The notes beneath the pieces were generated by a model. It did not search any database. It worked only from the letters and a program-made list of their open reading frames with translations, and was not told the origin of the DNA. The position numbers and the translations under genes are program-made. Source: Eledone cirrhosa (Eukaryota). Taken from it: a stretch of 64,000 nt of DNA. Shown here piece by piece: positions 41,401 to 56,044 of the stretch; position 1 is the stretch's first letter, and each line of letters begins with the position of its first letter. The DNA lies in assembly GCA_964016885.1 (NCBI GenBank), contig OZ024740.1:209064001-209128000 (forward strand), given 5' to 3'.

Positions 41401-41474
41401 ATGATGGCGGACCGAAATACGGATCATCTGCACAGTACAAATGTTGCAGATAGGGACAATGCATTTAGACAGCA
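41401..41474 (+). CDS. Candidate first coding exon of an unidentified host gene (MMADRNTDHLHSTNVADRDNAFRQ)
   Basis: ATGATGGCG start, 24 open codons, donor CA|GTGAGT at 41475, in repeat-poor CpG-containing sequence; no homology recognised. Confidence 0.3.
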
Positions 41475-44400
41475 GTGAGTAAAATTCATTTCACCTTCTC
41501 CACTATATTCTGCATTTTCGAATGCATCAACTGGTTGCTTGTTTTAAGGATGCATACATGTCTGACTTAACCAAGTGCTCGCTCCTTGTCTATTACGTAC
41601 ATACCTATATACGAATACCATTATATATACACATAACCCCGGGGATGTTGCTTCTTCTTTTTTCTTGCTCTTACTGCTACTAACATTCTCCACCTCAATA
41701 TATTTTAGCAATAACTACCCAGGATTTGTTATTATTATTACTCCTGTTTTTTATGCATATTTGACCTTTTTATTTATGTATTTATTTATTTCCTCTAAAG
41801 TTTCGTTATCATATTTTTATTTTCAAATCGTTAATTTATTTCACATTATGATATTCATTGGATATATTAGTTGATTTCACGAACGCATTTAATTTTAAAG
41901 ACAATCTGGATAAACACATTAATGGTTGCATTTAGTTATACTGTGAACCTTTTAAAATATAAACTTGACTTTAAGATGCAATCACTTTCCACGCCCCGTC
42001 AATCTGTGCAGGACTTCAGTAAAATCATTTACGATGCAAGCGGATAATCTTTTCCCTCTGCTTCGTATGCAAATATGCTTGTTTAAACATTTCGCTTCTT
42101 TTGTTTTGTTAGTATCTTGCAAATCATTTCATTCTACATTAGTTCCCCATAATCATTTATTCACTTCCCTTCAACCCATAAAAGTAACCAATCACCCAAC
42201 TAACAAACAAGAACTTGCTAAACACGTATACTAATAAAAGTCGAGACAACTTTTAAAATCTTTATATCTTTAACTTTTGCTCTCATGATTGACTTGTTTT
42301 GTTTGTTTTTGGTTTTACTTGTCTTGCCTATAATCATTTTCTTTACTTATTATTACCGTCATAAGGTTTTTTTTTTCTAAAACCGAATCAACCATTATGT
42401 AATATAATAATGTATGTAATATGCTACTTCATAATGTGCATGTGTTTTATAAATGATACACAGCTAAAATATATTGCTGATTTTCACTATAACGTCATAT
42501 AAATATTATTATAGCTGAATCTCCTCCCTTGCAAATCTTGGGTTGCGAATCATGTCGCAATCAAGCTGACTCCGTGCTACCCCTGTTTATGCACCATTTC
42601 ACTTTATTGTCTGTCTCGCTTGAATCGCTTTTAATATATTCTGTTTCAACTATCACAGAACATTCTCTAACATCTGTCATGAAGTTTTTTTAGTCACCCT
42701 GTTGACACTTTCAGACCCTAAAACCCTCGGCTTCTCTGATCGATATATTGATATTATTATTATTATTTACATTCGTAGTACTTGTTTCCGTTTTTATCCC
42801 CCTCCCTGCTAATAATTTGTACACCTGAATGACGTGTCATAGTATATTCCAAGTTATCCTTCGGTAAACACATACATCTGTGTGAGAGGTAGTCTTAGAT
42901 TCATTTGGGGATGCCAGTAATAATATAATAGTAATAACGACGATGATGATGATGTAAGGAATAGTAATAAACAGTAGAATATAACGCCATCATATTTTAT
43001 ACACATTTCCCTCTCATCGTGCTTTCATTAAGAACACACCACGTGATTATTGCATTGCCAGATTTCCATTCTATTCTCTTAGTATTTTTTATTATTATTT
43101 ATGTAGTAAATAAATTAAAGCAACATAGTTTCCTTGTGTTGCTTCTATAACGTATATTCATTCCCAATACTGACATTGCATTATTCTATAACTGCTCATA
43201 TGTTTCAGTAAATATATTCAAATGTTATAATTGCTATGAAGTATAGTTAACGTTGTTATTTATTATCACATCCGTTTGTCCATTTTCGAGATATTTCTTT
43301 CTATGCTTAAAATTATTTTTACAACCTAAATGTCAGTGTATTATTTAGATAGAACATATATTTATTTGCATAGCGCTTCTAACTTCGTCTTTCCATTAAA
43401 AAAAAAAAAAAAGAAACTCCCAATGTTTTTTTTTTTATCTTTCGTGTTTATTTTCAAAACTATTTAATAATTAATATATTTAGATGGTTTTAGCATTTAT
43501 TTTTCCATGCTATTTATTTGGAGGTGGTCTCCTGTTAACATTAAATAACTTTTAAAAAGTTAGTCGCGACTGCACTTATATCTTCTTTAACCTACCATGC
43601 CTGAGCCTTCGAAAATTCATTTCCATAACATGTCCCATTAACGTTTGTGTTTTGATATTTTTAGTCATTACGACAGATACGCTAAGTCCATTAGAATGCT
43701 TATTGCAATCAGCAACAGGTATAATCTGATTTGCACCCCCTTTGCCCATAAATCTAAAATCTTATGTTTACATAAAAGCACGAGGGGGCTTCGAAGTGGT
43801 CACTCGACCTGCTAAAAATGGCAGCCTGGTCTTCTTCAAACCACACCTTACTGTCTTTCTTTTTTATTTTTTTAATGGAAGGACCCATTTGATAATGCAG
43901 TTCTAGATATACTATGTCAGAAAACAATATTGAGTGGTAACGGCTGGAATGCCATTGACCAATAGGACTGTTAAATCACGTTGACCTGGAACTAAACAAC
44001 AATATCCAGGCTGAGTGTTTTTACTGCTTTCACTTTTTTTTTCGATTGGAATCATGTTTGTACTGGTGTTCTGCTCATTTTCTCCATCCAAATTATTCTT
44101 CAGCCACTTTACTATGTAAACATTAATGGCTCAGATGTAACGATAAGCAAGGAATGTGACAGTAACAGATATGTTTGCCTTTCTTATTGTAAAGTGAACT
44201 GCAATGACTACAAACATTCAATTGAAACTAGATATTGAATTTCTTTCAATATTAGCTTACTCATCAGTAGTATTTTTAATGATCTATGCACCCTCGGATC
44301 TGTTAAGTGGTTAGTAGAACTTTGAGTTCTACTGAACTGATTTTTTAGCGCATTGTCTTTTGACCTCCACTTGCATGTTCTTTGTCAGTGCATTCGTTAA

Positions 44401-45974
44401 TAGTGTTTACACTTTGTAAGTCTACCTGAGAGGTACTGAAACTATACCACAATACTTTCATGTGTCACCGATAAATCTCTAGATGTGTCGCAAAATTAAG
44501 TCAAGCCAGATAGAATTTTACAAATATTTGACTACAGTATATTTAAAATTTGACAACTCTGTGTACAAGTCCATGTATACAAATGAATTATCTTTTTATA
44601 CATAATTTTTAGTATATATGTTTGGTGACGCCAATAAAACCGAATGTGTCACGAACATTTTTATTTTTAAATAGTGTTTTACTGAATAATTTGTAAAGCT
44701 CTGATCTACCTGATACAATAGTACGTAATTTTAGTTCATTGATCCATATCAGGGCTCCATGGGAAAATTTTATTCAAGGATACTAAGTTTCTTTCGGGTT
44801 TCCCGTGTAAATGCTAGGCTTCAATATATGCAAGCATTTTCTGCGATCCTGGGAAATTCCCGGGCGTTGATAGGATGTACACACAGATGTGCACACTAAC
44901 AGATAAAAATTTAATTTCGAGTTCAAATTTTTGCTTATAAATAAAAAGGAAAGGATAGATTCTTAATTTTAAACTTAGATAACAAAACTGCAGAACCTTA
45001 ACAACTTATTAAATATCACTTCTTGGAGAGTTTTATCATAATACAATGCTAACAGTTTTTGCAAGTCTGGTGACTTAAGATAAAGGAAGCAGGTTACGAG
45101 AGATGGTTTTTAGTTCTTTCTATGTTGTTGACTTGGAAGAGGAATATTGCTTTCAAAATATTTTTAGTACCCATGAAAACGTGGGATAATGGACGTTAAA
45201 CGGTGATGATCATGACTGCAGAATCTGCCACAACCAGGGCAAATGAAACCGCTTGTTCAACCTGGATTCTACCCTGCCTTTATCCTATGGACATTCTATT
45301 AGTCCAACACAAATGGGACATAATTCAGTACACTAAAATCCAGGAGTGCTTGTGCACCTGTTGACCAGCACTGACCAGCCTCACAGCTAATGCTTGGTTG
45401 AATGTTATACTCTAATATTCAACTGGCATCCAGCTGGGTAACTAGTTTCTGAATTAGTGTTTCAAAAGAGCTTGGTCTCTGAATTTGTGAGCTACACAAA
45501 TATCATTGCAGGTCTACAGTAGATGTTTTATGATTCTACCCAGCTTTTCATTACATCTGGAGCCTACAGGATTAAACTGATAGCACAGCATCACTATCCC
45601 ATTGTTATGAGATAGTAAGTCCCTAATCTGGAATGCAACCTGCAGTTACACTTTCATAGCAGCAACCTGCTGAAATTGGTATCAGACCCAGGTTTGGTTA
45701 CCCAACATGCTGAAAATCACAAGCTAACAAAATTTCTGCTGCTCCCCGATAAGTTTCTTGTCAAATCCATATTGGTGGAAATATCTAGAGTCCAGCCCCC
45801 CCCCCGCTACACACTTCAATCAGGAAAAAACAGCCATCCATAAGAATGAGCCCTATCAGGTGGACTGGTTCTTTCATCATATCTCTCTTGCCATCTACTG
45901 AAACCATGAAACATTTGCATGACAAACTGAGATTTCTTTTGTTTATTGTATTCATATAATAATAATTATTATTA

Positions 45975-46145
45975 TTATTTCTACTATTGGCACAAGGCCA
46001 GCAATTATCCCAGTGCATTACTGGTACTTTATTTTATCGACCCCATAAGGATGAAAGGCAAAGTTAACCTCGGCGGGATTTGAACTCAGACCATAAAGGG
46101 AAGTAACTCCATACTTCAAAGCATGGCGTCCGACCCTCTACCGAT
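45975..46145 (-). mobile_element. Major SINE copy
   Basis: Reverse-complement consensus match. Confidence 0.9.
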
Positions 46146-47190
46146 AATCACCATTTAACATCTATTTTTCCTTGCTAGCATGGATTAGATGAGTTGTCCT
46201 GTTGTGAGAAATACCAGGTCAGGTGACCATGTCTTACTCATACAGAATTGATTTTGGCTTGGTTTCTACAGCTGGATGTCCTTCCAAATGGTAACCACAT
46301 TTACAGTGAGTACTGGGTGCTTTTTGTTGTGACACCTACACAACCACTTTACAGTGTGAGCTGGATGTTTTTTGTCATGATACCTACACGACCACTTAGT
46401 AACTAAGCCCCACCATACAACTTGCTATTCTTAAAATTTCTTACCAACACTCTCAAAGTAAACTGACACTGGTTCCATAATTCCTAACGTAGTTGGAAAG
46501 GTGTTGCCATATGCCATGTCTTGGACATTTTAAACTTGGTGGCACCGATCCCTCATCAATTTTGACCACAACCAATGTCTTCCAGAGAGAGAAGAATTGA
46601 CCCCTTACACTTGACTGGTATTTTAAACCTGGTGGCACCCATCCCTCTTAAGTTTGAACCTAAGCCAATGTTGTCTGAGAAGAGAGAGAATAATTGGCCC
46701 CCAGCACTTGACTGATACTGTATCTATTAACCACAAAAGGATGAAAGACAAAGTTAGCATTGGTGGGATTTGAACTCAGAGTGCAGAAAGCTGAAATGAA
46801 TACCACAAAGTATTTCATCCAATGCCCTAGCAACTCTGTCAATTTTCCACCTATAAAGTAAACACCACCATTGAATAGGTGTGGCTAACATAGCTAATGT
46901 TCAGTTTGAACGTTGTAATGGTCAGTGATTGAAGTTGACTTTATATGTAGGCAAGTAGTTGTAGAAAGATATAGTTCTAGAAGAGGCAGGGCAGGGCATC
47001 CAAGGGAAATTTTGTAAGGTGGTACAAGACCCTTTTGGGACCCAAAGCAGGCGAAGATTTTTCTCAAAATGGATGTTGCATCATTGCTGTGGGGCCTTCT
47101 TAGCTCTTGGGCCCCGGAACAAAGTACCGACTGGAGCCCCCTCTCATAGGCCCTGAGAAGAGTGTGAGGTGGTGATGAGAAGGAGTGATA

Positions 47191-47395
47191 TACCATATAT
47201 ACTCAAATATAAGTGTCCCCCCCCCCCCCCCCCTTCCCATTTTATACCAGAGAAAATGGCAAAAATCTAAACCACATTTATAAGCTGAGGCTCTAATCAA
47301 CATGTTTAGATGGCATATATAAACCAACCTCCTATTTTACCATCGATTTATTTTTTATCACTTATTCCTCGATTTATATTTGAGTATATATGGTA
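47191..47395. mobile_element. pogo/Tigger-type MITE
   Basis: TIRs TACCATATATACTCAAATATAA / TTATATTTGAGTATATATGGTA with TA ends. Confidence 0.8.
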
Positions 47396-49519
47396 GTTCT
47401 AGAGAAGGCATTGAACTAAATGAGAAGTGTGTATGTGTGAGGTGGTAATGAGAAGAGGTGATTAGTGGGTTTAGTGAGAGATATGTTATACAGATTGCAA
47501 GATATGGACACTTACACAGAAGCTTGAAAATCAGCCAGATGGAATGTACTCTTACATGTTACAGATGGTTTTTTTTACTTGGAAGAACTACATCACTGAT
47601 ACATAACTTTATGCTGGTCTGCCAAAGTTACCTGAAACAATTGTGATTGACAGACCACTGTAGTGAAGAAATAATCTAGTGCTATGAAAGCCAACATATG
47701 GACAGATTAACCTTGGATACAACCCACCAACTTCGTTGACATATTTCATCGGAAAGATGAACAGTGAAAGTGGAATGAGACATCTGGCATTAGTGTATTT
47801 CCCTGATTAGATCTAAAGATTGGCTATGATAAGATGAGATGATGTTGGGAAATATTTCTATGGAAGATACAAAATGATGCAGTTCATTGTCATAATTGTT
47901 GTTGTTGTTTAGGTTCTGGTCTGCTCTGACCAAACTGATCATTAATCAAAAATATTCTAGTCATGACTATCTCAACGTTTTTAGAATATCTATAACTATA
48001 TTATCTAATGTGCTGATTTCTTTTAAAAGACTAGGTTGTGGTTAAAAGGAGATTGGGCTACTATTTCTAGCAAGTTGAGCAACTACAAAGACCCTCCCTT
48101 GCTGAAAGATACAGCATGATGTAAAGGCAATTTGATTAACCTTTCTGATACCAAACCACCTGAAATTATGCCTGGTTCTATGTACAAAACTGTTTGTTTT
48201 AGAGTGTTTTTTTTATGTTATGTCAGAAATTTTTGTTAAGTAATGTTTTAAACAACAGCTTACTAATAAAAATGTGAGTTATTTTACTAAATTCTTACAA
48301 ATCTGTTATTTTCAAAACTAATTGAAACACATAGGTAGTAGGCAGTGTATTTTATTAGAGATATGGTTACAAAAGAATTAAAATTTGTTATCTATTGAGT
48401 ATAGTACCATTTCCTTTTGTATTTAATGTAGTCTAAAATATGTGCAGACATCAAGTGAATGCACCATCCCAGATTTGTGAGTGAGAATAACTGGGACTAA
48501 ATATAACTTTAGAACTGAAGAAATGTTGAGTGTTGTACATGTGTAACATTAAAGCTTCATGATATCATTTGATTTGATAAAGTGGAATCCAGGATCTCAA
48601 TGTGACTATTCTTTTAGAATAGTACTCCTATATTTGGGACATTGCTGCTGCTGCTACACACACACACACACACTGGCATCTTAGTTTGTATAACCCTTTC
48701 TTTACCATATTTCTAAATGAAAGATACTGCCTATGATTTTCAAATAATTTCTCATTATGAGGCTGGTGTTTAGAACATAACAAAGGTTCTTATATAAAAT
48801 GATGATGGGTGGTGTTTAGATAAATATAAATACTTTAAAACAAATAGTTTTGTATCATAGAACCAGGAGCAGTTTCAAAATGGTCACCTCACTGATTAGC
48901 ATGGAGTTATTCTCCAATTTCTGGCTCATAGATATGCTGTCTCTTCAGTATATTGTTTCTATACTACTAAAGTGACTCACCCAATTCGCTCATCTTTCAT
49001 CCTCTCATCACCCATGTTGTGTCTAACCATCATGAGGTTGGTGGGTAAACTTACGAGCCACTTTAATTGGTACAAACTTTAGCTGCACCATTGAGAGAAA
49101 GTTACCCTTAAACTAGAAACCTGGCCCAAATGCATATGCTACAGGATAGACTTCACGAAAGTCACCCTCGGATCAGGTGGTGTTAAACTGGGTGACAGAT
49201 TAAGTCTTCTCCAGGCCATAGATGTGTCTACTCTCTGTGCCTTTTGTTCTACTAAAGTGATCCATCTGCTTCATCTGATTCTTTTCCTATAACCCTATCC
49301 TCTGCTATTCCCTCTTTAGCCATTTTTTCCTACAGTCATTATTATAGGTGCTGGTATGACTGTGTTCTTAATAGGCTCCCTTCGTAACCATATGCTTTAG
49401 GGCTAGATCCCACTGCATAATACCTTGGGTAAGTGTCCCCCTGCTATAATCATGGGGGAAATATGCCTTATGAGTGAAATTAGTAGTTGGAAACTGTAAG
49501 GAAGCCTTTGTGTATATAT

Positions 49520-52500
49520 ATCATCATCATCATCATCTTCGTTTAACGTCCATTTTCCACGCTAGCATGGGCTAGACGGGAGTTGTCCCACTTGAGGCAA
49601 GGCTGGTCGGGTGACCGAGTCTCGCTCATATAGGACTATCTGGCAGGTTTTCTACGGCTGGATGCCCTTCCTAACACCAACCACATTTACAGTGTGGAAC
49701 TGGCAACTTTTTACCGTGTTACCTACACGGCCACATTACAGCGTGGACTGTGTGCTTTTTGTCGTGACACCTACACGATCTCGATCTCATTTTCTCATGC
49801 TGTTGGTGGGAGTGGGAGGATTGGGGTGTATATTTGGTTAAGAGGTGCCTACTGACTAGGTTTCGCTTTGTACATGGGCAAGGCGGGTCTTCTGTATTAC
49901 TGCGTAGCGCCAAGGATCTCGGTCCAGTGACATTGTCTTAGACAGGTGCAAGTGTGTAAGGTCGGAATTTATCAGATCTTCCCAGGTTTTTCTGGGTCTA
50001 CCTACTCCGTAACTACCATCAATTTTGATCGCCCTGCACTTTTTTATGTAGCTGTCGTCTTTCATGCGCATCACGTGGCCATACCAACGTAGTCTTCTCT
50101 CAAGTAAACAGCATCTGATCCCTCTTATTCCTAATTTTTCACTTAGTTCATTTATGCTTTGCCGTTCACGTATATTACTATTACACATCCAACGGAGCAT
50201 GCATGCTTCGTTCCTTTCCAGTCTACGCAGGTCCTCTGCACGTAATGCCCATGTCTCACTGCCATGTAACATTGCTGTTCGTATACAGGCATCATACAAT
50301 CTGCCTTTCATTTTTAGAGAGAAACCTTTTGTGGCCAACAGCGGTATAAGCTCTCTGAACTTTTTCCATCCCATTCTGACTCTGGCTACTGTACTTTCAG
50401 AACACCCTCCACCACTGCTGATTTTATCACCCAGGTAACGGAAAGTGTCTACTATTTCTATAGAACCATCTGGGCAATAGAAGGAGCTAGTATCCTTTGG
50501 ACACTTGCTACTTATTGCACCTGAGCATTGGCCGCATATAAAGTCTACGTTCTTAGATAGTTTACCTGTGATCCCACTACACCTTTTATGTACCCATACT
50601 TTGCATTTGGGACATAAAATGGAATTTTTGCCTACTCCTTTCCTACACACTGAGCATGGCCATTTCCCTGAGGGCACCTGTGCCCATTTTCCTTTCTACA
50701 AACTAGAACTTTAGTCTTAGACAAGTTAACTTTAAGGCCTTTTGATTCTAGGCCATGCTTCCATGTTTCAAATTTCTTCTCTAGTTCAGCCATTGATTCA
50801 GCTATGAGCGTTAGATCATCTGCGTATAGGAGTTCCCATGGGCAGCCGGTCTTGAACTCCTCTGTTATAGCCTGAAGGGCAATAATAAATAAGAGGGGGC
50901 TAAGGACAGAGCCTTGATTAACACCAACTTTTACACTAAACTCTTCACAATATTCATTGTTAATTCTAACCTTACTGACTGTTTCATTATACATAGCTTG
51001 TATAGCTCTCACAAGCCATTCATCTGCACCTAGTTTTCTAAGAGCCCACCAGATAATGGAGCGGGGGACTCTGTCAAAAGCTTTCTCCAGGTCTACAAAA
51101 GCTAAGTAGAGGGGTTTACTTTTAGCTAGGTACTTCTCTTGTAGTTGTCGTACAAGGAAAAGAACGTCTGTGGTATGTTTACCTGACACAAACCCAAACT
51201 GCATTTCATCTAGATCAATTCGCTCTCTGATTAGTTGCGCTATAACTCTTTCTGTGACCTTCATGACCTGGTCAACTAATGTAATGCCTCTATAGTTTCC
51301 TCTATCTAGAACATCCCCTTTACTCTTGTAGCAGTTAATGATAATGATGCTACGCCAGTCTTTCGGTATGACCCCATTCTGTATTACTTGGTTAACTATA
51401 CGAGTGACCATAGTATGTCCCACCATACCAGATGCCTTTAACATCTCAGCAACTATCTCCGAAGGCCCAGCTGCCTTGCCTGTCTTCATATCTTTGATTG
51501 CCTTACTTATTATACTACCTTTAACTTGCACCGCTGGTCCTTCTATTGGATCGATTTGGGGCAGACTATTTTTTTCCCATTTATTCTCCTCATTTAATAG
51601 CCTCTCGTAGTGACAATTCCAGGCTATCTTCTTATCAGTATCAGTGACCGCAAGTACACCATTATCATTACGGACACACTTCTCCCCGACAATATCACGT
51701 TTTTCCTTGACACATTGTCTAGCAATCCTGAACACCTCACGTTGTAGAACATGCTTGAACTTTCTATCCTCTGCTACCCTTTTTGCAACGTACACTTATC
51801 TCCTAGCTTCTCTCCTGGCCACTTGATAGTGCTCTCTACTTCCCCCATCCTGCCATACTTTCCAAGCCCGCTTTTTGGCCTTGATTGTCTCTTCCACCTT
51901 ACTGTTCCGCCATCAAGTTACTCTCCTCCTGCCAATAGGTCTGCTCCAGCCACAGATTTCATCCGTTGCTTTCAGCAGGTTAACTTTCAAGAATTGCCAC
52001 TGTTCCTCTATATTGCACGTCTCTAATTGCTCTTCCTTATTGTCAAAGGCAACAAGTAATAAGCTTTTAAATTTGTCACTGGCTATGGGATCCTTCAACT
52101 TCCATATTCTTCTCGTCAAGGTAGTCCTCCTCTGTCGTCGAGTGCGTCTATTCCTGACTATGAGGTCACTAACTACTAGGCTATGTTGGGAGGTGCATTC
52201 TTCATGGGGGAGGGATTTAGTGTTTACAACAGACATTTTGTCCCATCTTCTAGTAAGGATATAATTTATCTGACTGGCGTGTTCCCCTGATCTATAGGTG
52301 ATCAAGTGGTTTTCACGTTTTTTAAAGTTTGTGTTACAGATAGTTAGGCTATTTGCGTCACAGAATTCCAGGATTCTGAAGCCCTCCTCATTTCTATTTC
52401 CAACCTCATAGCCTCCATGGATTCCATCATAGCCATCACTATGTTGTCCAACGTGACCGTTTAGATCGCCAGCAATAATTAAGTAGTCACCGTCGGTTAT

Positions 52501-53260
52501 TTGGGAGGTAGTGTGCATTAGCATCTCATAGAACCTGTCCTTTATAACATCAGGTAGACCAGATTGGGGTGCATAAGCAGATATTATTGTCACAGTAGTT
52601 CTATTTAGAACTAGTCTTAATTCAATTATTCTGTCATTCACTCTATTTACGTCAATTACCTTATCTACCCATTTTTAGCTAACATAATTCCTACACCACC
52701 CTGCCCGTTGTCATTTCCCACCCAGAAAAGTTTATAGCATCGTTTTTTACCCACAATGAATCTGGCAGACCCCCCTCTCCATCTAGTCTCTTGAATACAA
52801 CAAACATCAACTTCTTTACGTTCAAGCATCTCTACAACCTCATTTGAGCGACCTTTCAATGTGCCTACGTTCATGGTACCAACTCTGAAGTTGGGAGGGT
52901 GGGATGGATGGGTTGGAGGGGCAGGGAGGGGTGTGGGAGACGGGATTATGTTGGTCATCTGTGTCTGAAATAAAGAGGGGTCCTTGTATTCTCGTCTTGC
53001 AGCGAGAGGTGAATTTATCTTTATCTGTGACATTGTCATTGAGTGCTTAGACTTTTCAAATGTCTGCAGTCAACCCATCAAACAGGTCTAAACTTAAGGA
53101 GTAGTAACCATGGCGGTAGCTTTGCTATACTGATTTATTAGGGAACTTACTAAAGCCGCTGAGTTATGATTGGACCATATAGCAATGGTGTTGTGTGGGG
53201 GTGGGAAGGCGGGAAATGGGTGACTTTAGGAGAAGTTTTAGGAAGGGTCCAACAGATTGA
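49520..53260 (-). mobile_element. Near full-length RTE-clade LINE
   Basis: Single APE-RT reading frame broken into four ORFs, 3' UTR with GGTTGGTGTTAGGAAGGGCATCCAGCCGTAGAAA motif and (GAT)n tail. Confidence 0.93.
49856..53039 (-). pseudogene. RTE polyprotein: AP endonuclease, RT, PHD-like finger
   Basis: GTMNVGTL..IQETRW, AYAPQ, AGDLNGHVG; NYRGITL, QFGF, FVDLEKAFDRVPR, QGSVLSPLLF, LLYADD; CSVC..C..C..H..C..C..C; FRYLGD; RRLRWYGHVMR, GRPRKTW; about three frameshifts. Confidence 0.93.
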
Positions 53261-53656
53261 GTATATATGTATATATGTATCATCATCATCGTTTAATGTC
53301 CATTTTCCATGCTAGTGTGGGTAAGACGGGCTGTTCCGTTGTGAGAGATCCAGGTCAAATGACCATGTTTCACTCACGCAGAACTGATTTTGGCTTGATT
53401 TCTACAGCTGGATGCCCTTCCTAATACCAATCCCATTTACAGTGTGGACAGGGTGATTTTTGCCATGACACCTACACAACCACTTTAAAGTATGGACTGG
53501 GCACTTTTGTCATGGCTCGAGGGGGGGGGGGTACTTTATGGTGTGGATTGGGGGAGGGAGTAGGTATAGGGGTGGGATGATTACAGCAAGGGAGATGTGA
53601 TGGTAGGGAAGGTGCTGCATACTAGATATATGCATATGCAGCTTGTGCATTTTAAA

Positions 53657-54680
53657 TCATCATCATCATCACCGTTTTACGTCCGTTCTCTCCACGCTAG
53701 CATGGGTTAGACGGGTTGTCCTGTTGTGGGCAGTGTCTGGTCGGCTGACCATGCCTTGCTCATACAGGAACTGATTTGGCTTGATTTCTACAGATGGATG
53801 CCCTTCCTAACACCAACCTCATTTACAGTGAGTGCTGGGTGCTTTTTCGTGGCGCCTACACGTCCACTTTACAGTGTGGGCTGGGTGCTTTTTTGCCGTG
53901 GCACCTCCACGACCACCTTGCAGTGGGGGCATATTGTCTATATGCTTCAGCTTGTACCCATGGGAGGTCGGGTACTCTGTATTACTGCGTGACGCCAGAC
54001 GTCACGGTCGTGTGTCATCGCCTTTGAGAGGTGTAATTGGGTAAGGTCGGCTTTTATCACCTCATCCCAGGTCATCTTGGGTCTCCCCACTCCGTGGTTT
54101 CCATCAACTTCTAGTGCTCTGCACCTTTTTATGCAGCTGTCATCCTTCATACGCATCACATATCCATACCAGCGCAACCGTCTCTCCTGCACACAGCATT
54201 TGATTCCTCTTATGCTCAGTCTCTCTCTCAATTCATTTATGCTTTGTCGTTCACGTATATTACTGTTACACATCCATCGGAGCATGCAGGCTTCGTTTCT
54301 CTCTAATCTACGTAAGTCTTCGACCTTCAGTGCCCAGGTCTCACTACCATGCAACATTGCTGTTCGGATACACGCATCATACAGTCTGCCTTTCATTCTG
54401 AGGGAGAAGCCTTTTGCAGCTAGCAGTGGTAGTAGTTCCCTAAACTTCTTCCATCCCGTTCTTACCCTAGTTGTTGTACTTTCTGAACACCCACCTCCGC
54501 TGCTAATTCGGTCACCTAGGTAGCAGAAGCTGTCTACTGTTTCTACAGAGCCCGCCCAGAGATTGGTGGTACTTGTTTCCTGTGGCTGTTTGCTGCTTGC
54601 TGTCTCAGCACAGCTGCTGCATGTGAAGCCTACATTCTTAATCAAAGGCAACATTTGTTTATGTCCCACATAAAACAATA
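53657..54680 (-). mobile_element. 5'-truncated copy of a related RTE family
   Basis: ORF 53947-54678 is highly similar to 49856-50677; same 3' UTR motif and (GAT)n tail; another 3'-UTR-only copy lies at 53278-53520. Confidence 0.92.
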
Positions 54681-55730
54681 CACCCTGCAGCTTATGATTT
54701 GATAGAAATGATCGATGTATAAAATACTAATGAATAAAATATGGGTTGTCATCAAGAAGGGTATGTGGTTGTAGAAACATTGCCAAAAAAAGTCTTGTCC
54801 AATCTATGCCAGCTTGGAAAAATAGCAATAAAAGCAATGGTGATGATGATGATAATCAGCTTGCAGTTGTTAAAGGACAACATTCACACCAATCTTACCA
54901 GTCTCCAAGGATTTGCTGAAGGCTAGAGCTAGAAAAACTTCATTTAGGCCAAATAATTTACGAAAGAAAAGGTCAGCACCAAACCTATATATGGAACATG
55001 GTTTTTCCAAACATGAGATCTTGAGAATTACATAATGTTTGAGATCACATATATATGAATATGCATCTATCAATCTAGCACTGGGGTCAATTCTTTCTCT
55101 ATATCTCTTTTATACTCCCTTTCTCTCATTCTCTATCCTTCTATAGAAAAACGTCTGTTGTACTCGGGCCTGGAGAGAGAGAGGATGGGCTCCACAAAGT
55201 TTTAAAATGCCCCAAGAGACACTGTATGTTAATTTGGCGCCCCTACGACTCCCTCAGGAGTAATGGATCCATGTTATGAGGCCAAATATGCAGAGTTCTT
55301 CTAATATAACTGTAGCATGTATAATTACAGAAATAGGTGGGTTTTTTACTGCTTCATTAGGGAGAGAAGGGCAGCACAAATGACCTCATTTTTAGGGCCT
55401 CTGAGACTGGTAGGAAACAGTAGCATAATTAGGGAACATGATGGGACAGTCTACACAACGCAGCACTTTTCATGTGTTTTGGATTGTGCTTTTTGTATAT
55501 GGGTGGTAGTAAACTCAAGAACTTCCCTGGATAATACAAACTCTAGATACATCACTGAGAGGCAGTTATCCTCAAATCAGATGCATCACCTGAATGCTTC
55601 TAACATTCAGCTAAGGGCCAGATGGTTGTGTTTAACTGGGCAACATATTAAGTCTATCAGCCAAGTAAGCCACAGCAGGATTTGAACTCCAGAACAAATA
55701 CTACGAAATACCTTGTCTGATACTCTAACG

Positions 55731-56044
55731 CAGAGGTTCTCAAACATTTTGAGCCACTGCCTCTCGTGGCCACAAAATACCCTCAGCGCCCTCCACCCCT
55801 ATTTCCAGAGAGACCTGCTTACACACAAATTGTAAATAATTGTTAATTTATATATAATAAATAATATAATATATATACTGTGTATAAATAAATATTATAT
55901 ATTTTTATTTTACTATATATATATGTATCATTTGATATTTAATATACTATTATATAATCTCTACTGCCCCCTTAGGCCTCAGCACCCTCCTCGACCTTCT
56001 CAACACCCTTCGGGGGACAGTAATGCCTACTTTGAAAACCTTTT
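55731..56044. mobile_element. hAT (Charlie-like) MITE
   Basis: CAGAGGTTCTCAAA / TTTGAAAACCTTTT termini with 8-bp TSD CTCTAACG / CTCTAACA. Confidence 0.75.
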
